A DNA stretch of 60,396 nt, taken from a virus (lineage: Duplodnaviria > Caudoviricetes). Made by a program: the position numbers and the translations under genes. Under the pieces are notes generated by a model. That model was not told the origin of the DNA, ran no database searches, and was given only the letters and a program-made list of their open reading frames with translations. This document shows, piece after piece, positions 9,607-17,987 of the stretch. The DNA lies in the IMG/VR virus record IMGVR_UViG_3300037848_000009, positions 1 to 60,396 of that record. One strand, written 5' to 3'. Numbering within the stretch: position 1 is the first letter of the stretch; every line of letters starts with the position of its first letter.

Positions 9607-10361
9607 TGACCGGCATTCGCATTACTCCTGCGGGCGCGCCATTGTATGTAGGCGCAATTTCGCCGGGCATACAGGTTGCCCAGAGCGGCGGCGCTGCCCC
9701 ATCGCCCCTGCTCACCGACCTCGTGGCCTACTGGAAACTGGACGACCTGACGTGGTCAGACAGCGTTGGCAGCAACGACCTGACCAACAACGGCAGCGTG
9801 ACGGTAGGCACACCAAAAGTCGGCGCAGGGAGTGCATCGTTTGATGCCACGAACTATCTCTCTGTAACCAGTACGAGCTTCCAGACAGGAAACATTGATT
9901 TCACATTGGCGTGTTGGATCTATCCTCGCTCTGTTTCGGGTATCAAAGGCATCCTGAACAAATACGAATCAGTGACAGATCAACGTGAATATCAATTATT
10001 TACGTCTGGTACGTCGGTGCAGTTTGTCGTATCGTCGCAGGGCGTCATAGGATTTAACAGCAATGTTGCAACGCCAACATCTACCATATCGCTGAATACG
10101 TGGTATTTTGTGGTTGCGTGGCACGATGCGACTGCACAGACGATCAATATCCAGGTAGACAATGGCACAACGTATAGTGCATCACACTCAGGTGGCGTAT
10201 TTGTTGGCACCAGCCCATTCCAGGTCGGCACAGCTGTGACAGACACCTTTCTCTGGATTGGACGGATTGATGAAGTGGCGCTCTGGAAACGTCTACTCAC
10301 ATTGAGCGAAATCAGCGACCTGTACAATAGCGGATCAGGGTTAAGTTATCCATTTAGTTAA
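9603..10361 (+). CDS. LamG/concanavalin A-like lectin domain protein
   Basis: LVAYWKLDD, FTLACWI, WYFVVA, GRIDEVALWKRLL..EISDLYN. Confidence 0.88.
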   Translation: MMTGIRITPAGAPLYVGAISPGIQVAQSGGAAPSPLLTDLVAYWKLDDLTWSDSVGSNDLTNNGSVTVGTPKVGAGSASFDATNYLSVTSTSFQTGNIDFTLACWIYPRSVSGIKGILNKYESVTDQREYQLFTSGTSVQFVVSSQGVIGFNSNVATPTSTISLNTWYFVVAWHDATAQTINIQVDNGTTYSASHSGGVFVGTSPFQVGTAVTDTFLWIGRIDEVALWKRLLTLSEISDLYNSGSGLSYPFS

Positions 10362-10375
10362 AAAGAGGTGAAAGT

Positions 10376-10645
10376 ATGGCAGTGACGTATATTAAAGTAG
10401 ACGTATCAAAGCGATTGGGCGCGGATTTGCGGCAGACGGTGGTATACGGCGAGCAGTTTGATGAGCGCCTGCACCGATTGAAAGACGTGATGGACACGAT
10501 GATCGACGGGACGGACTACAGCCGCCTGGAAACCGAGTTCGGGTTGGTGACGGGCAAGGGCGAGACAGTCTACAATCTCGTAGCGGGCGCGGCTACGGAC
10601 GTGAGCGGGGTGAATATCACGCAACTTCTCAATCGGCTGGGATAA
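10376..10645 (+). CDS. Hypothetical protein
   Basis: GAGGTG RBS, in operon. Confidence 0.7.
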   Translation: MAVTYIKVDVSKRLGADLRQTVVYGEQFDERLHRLKDVMDTMIDGTDYSRLETEFGLVTGKGETVYNLVAGAATDVSGVNITQLLNRLG

Positions 10646-10649
10646 CAGC

Positions 10650-11195
10650 ATGGACGAACTGGACGAACTGATAGCGCGGTTTGAGGCCGAGGTGCGCATC
10701 TTGATGGCGCGTCTTGAGTCAGGCAGCATCACGCCTGAAGCATGGCAGGCAGAGTTTGAAGACCTGCTTGCTCGCTATCACACGGCAGCGTCAATGACGG
10801 GCGTCGGTTCGGATGACCTTCCCCCTGCCGTACGCAGTCAGCTTGTTGCGGGGGTTCAGTCGCAGTTTGCATTCCTGGACGGCTTTCGTATCGAAATCCA
10901 GGGCACTGATGAATATATGGCAGGATGGAATGCCCGTGCGGATATGTATGCGAAGTCTATCAAAACCCCGTATTGGCAGGGACGCACCCGCATGCTGCCG
11001 TTGCCAGCCATGCCAGCAGAGGGGACCCAATGCCTCACCAACTGTGGCTGCAGTTGGGATATTGTCACCATTGATGAGGAGGCCGGGGATTATGATTGCT
11101 TCTGGCGGCGCGGGAAAGACGATAGTTGTCAAACGTGCATTGCCCGCGAGCAAAACTGGTCGCCGTTGCAAGTACGGGGAGGCGCGTTGATTTGA
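10650..11195 (+). CDS. Putative head morphogenesis (gpF-like) zinc-binding protein
   Basis: CLTNCGC and CQTC motifs; position after portal. Confidence 0.55.
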   Translation: MDELDELIARFEAEVRILMARLESGSITPEAWQAEFEDLLARYHTAASMTGVGSDDLPPAVRSQLVAGVQSQFAFLDGFRIEIQGTDEYMAGWNARADMYAKSIKTPYWQGRTRMLPLPAMPAEGTQCLTNCGCSWDIVTIDEEAGDYDCFWRRGKDDSCQTCIAREQNWSPLQVRGGALI

Positions 11196-11665
11196 AACCG
11201 CAAATCAAGGTTATTGTGCCAAAAGATTTGGCGATTGACCAGAGACGACTGAACCGCGCCATCGAAAATGGATTGAACGCCAGTGCGCAGGCAGCGAAAG
11301 CCGATTTCGATGTCACGACGCAAACATGGAAAACAGATGTGACATTCAGCATCAAAAAGCGAAACAAAGCACGCCGCGTGACAACAAGCAACCGCATCTA
11401 TGGCTATGTAAATGATGGCACTCGACCGCACATCATTCGCCCGAAACGCGCGCGGGCCTTGACGTTTTTGACGCCATATCGAGCAAAGACAAAGCCGCGC
11501 AAAATCAGGAGCGGGCGCGGCGGCGTTGGAAATACAATCGTCTACACAAAAATCGTGCAACATCCAGGCACGACAGCACGCGAATTTGACAAAACAATCC
11601 AGGAGAAATGGAGACGGGCATTCCCAACCACCATGCAACGCGCCATTGACAGCGAGGTGCGCTAA
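11192..11665 (+). CDS. HK97 gp10-like neck/tail completion protein
   Basis: YVNDGTRPHIIRPK..ALTF..VQHPGT; TTG start overlapping previous stop. Confidence 0.72.
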   Translation: MKPQIKVIVPKDLAIDQRRLNRAIENGLNASAQAAKADFDVTTQTWKTDVTFSIKKRNKARRVTTSNRIYGYVNDGTRPHIIRPKRARALTFLTPYRAKTKPRKIRSGRGGVGNTIVYTKIVQHPGTTAREFDKTIQEKWRRAFPTTMQRAIDSEVR

Positions 11666-12468
11666 TGCCCACGATGATTGACATAGGGATGTTGCCACAT
11701 TTGCCCCAGCCAGAAACCGAGGCAGAGGCGGCGTGGTTCGAGCGTGATGGCCTCCTGCGGGCGTGGATAGCACGGCACGGCTACCGCTCGTTCATCCGGT
11801 GCCCGGTGGTGCGGTCAACGATGTTTGTTGGTAATCAACCGTTTGTGCAGGATGAATATGCGTGGTTGCAGTCGCTCCCTGATTGGCAGGAGCGCTGGTA
11901 TCCTGCCACACGAGAGAGCTGGATTGGCGCCCCGCCTGCCAGCGATCCAGACGTAGGGACCAGTAGTCAGCTTATTCACCACGCGCATACTGCTGCGCAT
12001 TACGAACAATGGCGCGGCATATCAATCGCTGCCTATGATGCAATTGTTGAGGTTGGCGGCGGCTATGGCAGTTTTGCGCGACTGTGTCATAACTTAGGGT
12101 TTCGCGGGGACTATATCCTGTATGACCTTCCGGCGTTTGCCGCGTTGCAATCCTGGTATACAGCGCAAGCTGGGGTGGTAGCTGAGTGCTATTATGATCG
12201 TGAGGCGTGGCAACGTCGTGTCGCCACGATCACCGGGCATACCTTGTTCGTTAGTCTATGGGCGCTCTCGGAAACCAGTGCTCGCCAGCGACAGCCATTA
12301 TTGCAAGCGATACGCAACATCGATGATTTTTGTATTGCGTACCAGGGGCGGTTTCGAGAGATGCACAACGGCCCAGCGTTTCAGGAGTGGACAGCAACAA
12401 TGCCTGAACACACGTGGCGCACCGAGCGGTCATTCTTGTTCGGGAGGAGACGTAATGAAATGGACTAG
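11665..12468 (+). CDS. Putative sugar O-methyltransferase
   Basis: IVEVGGGYG, YILYDLP, SLWALSE motifs. Confidence 0.75.
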   Translation: MPTMIDIGMLPHLPQPETEAEAAWFERDGLLRAWIARHGYRSFIRCPVVRSTMFVGNQPFVQDEYAWLQSLPDWQERWYPATRESWIGAPPASDPDVGTSSQLIHHAHTAAHYEQWRGISIAAYDAIVEVGGGYGSFARLCHNLGFRGDYILYDLPAFAALQSWYTAQAGVVAECYYDREAWQRRVATITGHTLFVSLWALSETSARQRQPLLQAIRNIDDFCIAYQGRFREMHNGPAFQEWTATMPEHTWRTERSFLFGRRRNEMD

Positions 12469-12688
12469 TATACATGCTGCCTTGCCAGAACCAGGCGAAA
12501 CCGTTCTGGCCTGGGGTGCCGAAGGGTATAGCCTGGCGCGTTGTGTGCGAAAAGGGCCGGGTCCACAAGACTATATCTGGATGGGAGTATCGTTTCTCCT
12601 TGGGGAAGAAGGATGCGCAATGACTAGCGTGCAGGTGTCACACTGGCAACATCTGCCCAGGCCGCCGAAACGGGAACCCCACACATGA
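12455..12688 (+). CDS. DUF551-like protein
   Basis: WTSI..LPE..VL..VSHWQHLPRPP; GGAGG RBS. Confidence 0.75.
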   Translation: MKWTSIHAALPEPGETVLAWGAEGYSLARCVRKGPGPQDYIWMGVSFLLGEEGCAMTSVQVSHWQHLPRPPKREPHT

Positions 12689-13257
12689 CTACTGTTGATC
12701 GCATCGTTGAGGCTGTAGACTATAAGCAGCTTGCTCAACAGTTAGAAACGGTGCAATCGTTTTTGCGGCCTGATGAGATGCGGCTGCTCTATGATCTGGC
12801 GCAGCCTGGATACCGATGTGCTGATCTTGGGGTGGGGGCTGGAAAGAGCACCATGCTCATGGCAGCACGCGCGCACGTCGTTGCGGTGTCGCTGTGGCAT
12901 TGGCCTGGCGAGGGCGATTGTGCTGCCTTTCAGGCAACACTCGAAAAGTTTCCGGATTGTGCCGAGCGCATTACTGCAATCTGCGCAGACACGGCCCAGA
13001 CCGGGCGGCAACTTGCACCGTTCGGGCCGCAGTTTGATGTTATCTTTATCGATGCCGGGCACCAGGAGCACGACGTGCAGGCGGATGTTCTTGCGTGGGC
13101 ACCGCTCCTCTCATCTCGTGGCGTGCTGGTGTTTCACGATTACTCGCCCCGATGGGTCGGGGTGCGAACGGTGGTAGATCGGATGTGTGAGAACGGATGG
13201 GAATGTGTGCAGTCTGTGCAGTCGATACGCGTGTTAAAGAAAGGTACTGACCAATGA
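12685..13257 (+). CDS. Class I SAM-dependent methyltransferase (Methyltransf_24-like)
   Basis: DLGVGAGKST, FDVIFIDAGH, VFHDY. Confidence 0.85.
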   Translation: MTTVDRIVEAVDYKQLAQQLETVQSFLRPDEMRLLYDLAQPGYRCADLGVGAGKSTMLMAARAHVVAVSLWHWPGEGDCAAFQATLEKFPDCAERITAICADTAQTGRQLAPFGPQFDVIFIDAGHQEHDVQADVLAWAPLLSSRGVLVFHDYSPRWVGVRTVVDRMCENGWECVQSVQSIRVLKKGTDQ

Positions 13258-13568
13258 CCAGGGGCGGCTGCGTTCCATCCGCACAACCAACATCATACAG
13301 TTTAGAACACATCGAGCGTGTGCAGACGTTTATGCGCGACGTAGACGCCACCGCTCGTGAGCACGCCGATACACGCGGCGCGGTAGTAGTGACGATAGAC
13401 GAGCCAGTACATATTGCGTATGTGCCTGTTGAGTGCCTGACTGGTATAGTTCCGCCCGAATTGGCACCGAAGGTACGCGAGTATGATATGGCGAAAGAAT
13501 ACGTAGTAATTGCGGTAGATTTAAACAAGCAGTCGTTGGAATATCGCATTGTGAAACGGGGTGAGTGA
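13254..13568 (+). CDS. Hypothetical protein
   Basis: ATGA coupling. Confidence 0.6.
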   Translation: MTRGGCVPSAQPTSYSLEHIERVQTFMRDVDATAREHADTRGAVVVTIDEPVHIAYVPVECLTGIVPPELAPKVREYDMAKEYVVIAVDLNKQSLEYRIVKRGE

Positions 13569-13571
13569 ACA

Positions 13572-13796
13572 ATGACAGCCCATTACCACGACCTCCAACG
13601 CGAACAGACCCGCCGCCGCTATGCGGTGTGCGCGGCGCTGCTTGGCTTGCTAGACGTGGTAGAGTCGGGTGGTCAGGCCGAACGACAGGCACGGGCCCTG
13701 CTCTCGACATTGGAGGCCGAATTGCAGACCCGGCCTAGTGTACCTACACGGGAACAACAAAGGGCAGGCTTGCAGACTATAAAGCGCAAAGACTAG
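13572..13796 (+). CDS. Hypothetical protein
   Basis: Fills operon gap. Confidence 0.55.
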   Translation: MTAHYHDLQREQTRRRYAVCAALLGLLDVVESGGQAERQARALLSTLEAELQTRPSVPTREQQRAGLQTIKRKD

Positions 13797-13804
13797 CATC
13801 GGCA

Positions 13805-13896
13805 TGCTATAATACAGACAGAATTATATATATACAACCCAACCCCGAAAGGGCATCGGTGTTTTTCTCTATCAGGAGAAGAGCGCCGTTTTTTTT
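13805..13896 (+). promoter_or_regulatory. Extended -10 promoter followed by a terminator-like leader hairpin
   Basis: TGCTATAAT at 13805-13813; stem 13857-13888 followed by T8. Confidence 0.6.
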
Positions 13897-13903
13897 GTTG
13901 TTT

Positions 13904-15877
13904 ATGCCATACAGTGTTATAAATCGGAATAATATGCATTGTGTTGTAAAGCGGGACGATCCCGATGGGCGCGTGTTCGGTTGCCATCAGGACCCGCAGC
14001 GGGCGTATGCACAGATTGCCGCCATCGAAGCCAGCGAATACAGCACCAAAGCAGACCAGGATGAGATAGACGAAACATTTGCTCAGTATCACGACCTGGT
14101 CAACATGTCCGCATCTGAACTCGAAGCCTGGGCAGACACCGAGGCCAGCACCATGGCGAGCCTGAGCCGCGCGCCGATCAATCGCAACCTGCGACTATTG
14201 CGCACTCCGAAAGATGAATGGGGTAGTGATGAGGTACGCGAGGCAAACCGTACCATCAGCTTTATTAGCCGAATGAGTGCTGCCGAGCAGGGGGAGCCCG
14301 TCATCACGCAGGGCGGGCGCGACTACAGCAAGCGAGATATCTCACTCCTCAATTGGGCACACGACCCAGCAAAGACGAAAGAAACAGATGTACCGGAAGG
14401 CGTGCGTCATCCTGACCTCTGGCAGCAAGCACGCAACACGGTGCGTAATCGGGTACGCACCTGGCCGAGCGCCTATGCCAGTGGGCAGGTTGTCCAGGAA
14501 TACGAACGATTGGGTGGCACGTACACGAATGAAAAAGCTCTTGACGAATGGTTTGCAGAGCGTTGGGTTGACATAAGCCGCCCGAAAGATGGCGGCGGGT
14601 TTGAGCCGTGCGGACGCGATACGGCCAATATGAGTGAGGAAGACTACCGTCGCGCATACCCGAAATGCCTCCCGGCTCGTGAAGCAGCAGCACTCAGCGA
14701 AGCGGAACGTCAACGCCTGATTGACCGCAAACGCGATGCCCCAAACACTCCCGGCAGTCCGAGTTACGTGAGTAGCGATCCTGATCCTCGGCGCGGAAAA
14801 GGCTTGTTCACGGTGTTCAAGCAGGCGAACGGCGACTATCGCTGGGTCGCAATCAGCAGCACTGCCTATCTGGATCGAGACAACGAAATTGTCAGCACAA
14901 AGGCGTTGCAAGGGGTGGTGCAGCGTGGCGATCAGACAGGCGACCGAGGGGTGTTGCGCTGGTGGCATATGCAAGGCTCGGACCTGGGCAGTATTGATTT
15001 TCAGGCGCTCTCATCCAATGATCGGCTCCTGGTGGAGAGCGGGACGTTTGATGACCAGCGCGTTGCGCAATCGGTTGCGGCAAAGCAACACACGTTAGGG
15101 CTATCCATTGGCTTCAGCCATGCCGAAAGCGAGCCAGGGCCAGATGGCGTGTTTGATGATATCAGAAAATTTGAAACAAGCTTGCTACCAAAAGAGATGG
15201 CGAGCAATCGGTTTACCAGCCTGACAACAGTAGAGGAGAAGTCTATGGATACGGAAAAAATCAAGGCACTGAAGGCGCTTTTGGGCGACAGTGACGCATT
15301 CGGCGAGGTACTTGAAAAGATCGAGAAGACCAACAAGGCCGCGCAAGCATCAGGAGTGCGGTACAAAGACGCCGACACCATTGTCACGCCTGATGGGCGA
15401 GAATGGCGATATACGGACGGCAGCTTTGAAGTGGTGCCAGAGCCCGAACCAGTGCAGAGCGAAAAAATGGCAATGCCGATAGGGCGTGACGAACTCGCGT
15501 CGCTGGTGCGTAGCGCGATGATGACTGCAATGGATATGTATGTCAGCAAGATCGAAGACGGCATGGAAGAGAAGATGCGCAAGATGATGGGCGAATACGA
15601 CCGCAAGATGGAAGGCTCTTCGATGAAGGCCACCGATGGAGTAAAGTCAGCACTGGAAACCCTGAAACAGGAGCGCGCCGCATTGGGGGAAGAATTGAAA
15701 GATGTCAATCGTCGCCTTGAGGAATTGGAAGGCGATCAACCTCGTGCGAACGGGTATCGCGCCAGCATCGCAGAGGACACGGTTACAGACAAAGCCGCCC
15801 CACGGCCACCACAGGGCGAGGATGTACTTGGTGAGATTACTAGCGCGCTGTTTGGCATGAATGGAGGGTCACGGTAA
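13904..15877 (+). CDS. Multidomain prohead protease/scaffold protein
   Basis: STAYLDRDNEIVS..LRWWH..LSIGF protease-like core, C-terminal coiled coil, directly before capsid gene; extra N-terminal domains. Confidence 0.75.
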   Translation: MPYSVINRNNMHCVVKRDDPDGRVFGCHQDPQRAYAQIAAIEASEYSTKADQDEIDETFAQYHDLVNMSASELEAWADTEASTMASLSRAPINRNLRLLRTPKDEWGSDEVREANRTISFISRMSAAEQGEPVITQGGRDYSKRDISLLNWAHDPAKTKETDVPEGVRHPDLWQQARNTVRNRVRTWPSAYASGQVVQEYERLGGTYTNEKALDEWFAERWVDISRPKDGGGFEPCGRDTANMSEEDYRRAYPKCLPAREAAALSEAERQRLIDRKRDAPNTPGSPSYVSSDPDPRRGKGLFTVFKQANGDYRWVAISSTAYLDRDNEIVSTKALQGVVQRGDQTGDRGVLRWWHMQGSDLGSIDFQALSSNDRLLVESGTFDDQRVAQSVAAKQHTLGLSIGFSHAESEPGPDGVFDDIRKFETSLLPKEMASNRFTSLTTVEEKSMDTEKIKALKALLGDSDAFGEVLEKIEKTNKAAQASGVRYKDADTIVTPDGREWRYTDGSFEVVPEPEPVQSEKMAMPIGRDELASLVRSAMMTAMDMYVSKIEDGMEEKMRKMMGEYDRKMEGSSMKATDGVKSALETLKQERAALGEELKDVNRRLEELEGDQPRANGYRASIAEDTVTDKAAPRPPQGEDVLGEITSALFGMNGGSR

Positions 15878-17325
15878 TGCACAACCCGATTGATTACAAG
15901 CAGCTTGCGGCAGCCATGATGGCAGAACAGAGCCGCTACAAGGCTGCTGACACGCCCCCAACAGGCATTCACTCGCATGGCCCCGGGGGACTGTTCTCTG
16001 CACTTGGTCTATCGCGCCCGTTGTTCAGTGCCATGCAACTGCCTATGATGGGGTTGCAGGCACGCCTCCCGGTCATGCCCAGCCAGGATACCAACCCGCT
16101 GTATGGTATTATCACTGGCCAGACGGCAACATCCGGTGACGAACCGACGGCACAATGTGATGACCCGCCCACCGCCGGGACACTGAAGCTCTGCACACAA
16201 TCGCTGCCGTTCGGGTTGCAGGCGCGGCAAACACCGTCATACGACCTGCGGGAATTTGGGCAGCGTGTCAACCGTGGCGAGTTTATGGATTTCCAGATTT
16301 TTGGCAATCCGGCTGATATGTTTGAAACGGGCGTAGCTCCAACCATCCCGAACGCCAGCCCCGCCATGGCCGCGCAACGAGATACTGCCAAGCTCCTGGC
16401 AGAACTGGCGGTGTCGTGGAGTCGTGACTTCGCACGGGAGCTTTATAATGGCAACCCGGCGAGCAATACTGCCGGTCGACAGTATTTCAATGGGTTGGAC
16501 ATTTTGATCAATAACGGACGGGTGGATGCTGTAACCAATACCAGATGCGGGGCAGCCGACAGCTTGATCTACTCGTTTGGCGATAACGCGGTCAACACGA
16601 ATGGCGACGGGGCGGTGCGGAGCATCACAACAATATATCGCATTCTGCAGCATACTGCTGCGCATGCGAACCTGAACCCCGTGCGCTGGGTGTTGGCTAT
16701 GCCATTTGGTTTGTTCTACGCATTGACAGACGTCTGGCCTTGCTCGTACATGACATTCAGGTGCGCAAACAACACCAGCAACACCAATGCCTCGGTCGAC
16801 ATTGACACAGCAGAGGCTAATCGCATGCGTGATGGCATGCGCGGCGATCTTTACAGCTACACCGGGCAATACCTTCTCATTGATGGGCAGCAGGTGCCGG
16901 TCATTATTGACGATGCCATTCCTTACAGCACGAATGCAGGCGGCATTCACGAAAGCGACATCTATTTTATTCCGATGACCGTCAAAGGGGCAACGCGTGT
17001 CACGTATCTGGAGTATTTTAACTTTGACGTGCCAGGCGGCGCGATGCAGGCGGCAGGCATTATGGCAGGCCGTGATCAGTTCTACACCAGCGACGGCGGG
17101 CGCTTCCTCTGGGCGGTCAAGCCAAATACGAATTATTGTGTACAGTTACTCGCCAGTGCCAAGCCGCGTCTGGTGCTTCTTACGCCACAAATCGCGGCCC
17201 GCATGACCAATGTTGGATGGACGAGCCTGATTATGGAGCGTGATTGGGACCCGACCGGCACCTACTTCTACGATGGCGGCGTGACCACGTTTGCAGCACC
17301 ATCATACTTTGACCCGACTGGCTAG
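15877..17325 (+). CDS. Major capsid protein
   Basis: Position after protease/scaffold, 482 aa, LYNGN..FNGLD motif. Confidence 0.78.
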   Translation: MHNPIDYKQLAAAMMAEQSRYKAADTPPTGIHSHGPGGLFSALGLSRPLFSAMQLPMMGLQARLPVMPSQDTNPLYGIITGQTATSGDEPTAQCDDPPTAGTLKLCTQSLPFGLQARQTPSYDLREFGQRVNRGEFMDFQIFGNPADMFETGVAPTIPNASPAMAAQRDTAKLLAELAVSWSRDFARELYNGNPASNTAGRQYFNGLDILINNGRVDAVTNTRCGAADSLIYSFGDNAVNTNGDGAVRSITTIYRILQHTAAHANLNPVRWVLAMPFGLFYALTDVWPCSYMTFRCANNTSNTNASVDIDTAEANRMRDGMRGDLYSYTGQYLLIDGQQVPVIIDDAIPYSTNAGGIHESDIYFIPMTVKGATRVTYLEYFNFDVPGGAMQAAGIMAGRDQFYTSDGGRFLWAVKPNTNYCVQLLASAKPRLVLLTPQIAARMTNVGWTSLIMERDWDPTGTYFYDGGVTTFAAPSYFDPTG

Positions 17326-17327
17326 GA

Positions 17328-17987
17328 GTGGCGATGTATGCCGCGCTCATCATCACCTATAATCGCGCAAGCACGCTGGCCGAGACGCTGGCGTGCTTGC
17401 GGCGCAACCTCACACCCCAGCCAGATATCTGGATTGTGGCAGACGATGGGAGTACCGATAATACCCGCGAAGTTGTACACCAGTTTGGTGCCGACCTGGT
17501 GGTGACACAGCGCGGCGGGATGGGGAAAAATACAAACGCAGGACTCAGGGCGGCGTGGCAACAGACGCCGCTCGTGTTGCAAGTCCAGGATGATCGGCAA
17601 TTGCAAAAGCCGCTTAATCTCTCTGATATGCTCTTACGATTGGGGGAGCTAACATCGTCCTGGATACGGCTTGATACGCTCTTCAAAGGGCGTGCCATCA
17701 CCGCCACCATGGAGCGCGGGTATTGGCGAATGAACTGGAGTGACGAGTATCTGTATATAGCAAGCGATGCCCCACATATCAAGCACCGCAGATTTCATGA
17801 CGTTGCTGGGATGTATCCAGAGGATAAAAAAATAGGACACACGGAAAATGCCTGGTGTGCCCGGTGCCGGTCGTTCGGTCTCGATGGTGTATTGGCCGCG
17901 CCGCTTATTCCGGCATTCGGGCTACCTGATCATCTGTGGAAAAACGCCGGGCCGGATGTGGGGAGTTGGCAGGAGAAAGGCTTATGA
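17328..17987 (+). CDS. Glycosyltransferase family 2
   Basis: IITYNR, IVADDGSTD, QDD. Confidence 0.88.
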   Translation: MAMYAALIITYNRASTLAETLACLRRNLTPQPDIWIVADDGSTDNTREVVHQFGADLVVTQRGGMGKNTNAGLRAAWQQTPLVLQVQDDRQLQKPLNLSDMLLRLGELTSSWIRLDTLFKGRAITATMERGYWRMNWSDEYLYIASDAPHIKHRRFHDVAGMYPEDKKIGHTENAWCARCRSFGLDGVLAAPLIPAFGLPDHLWKNAGPDVGSWQEKGL

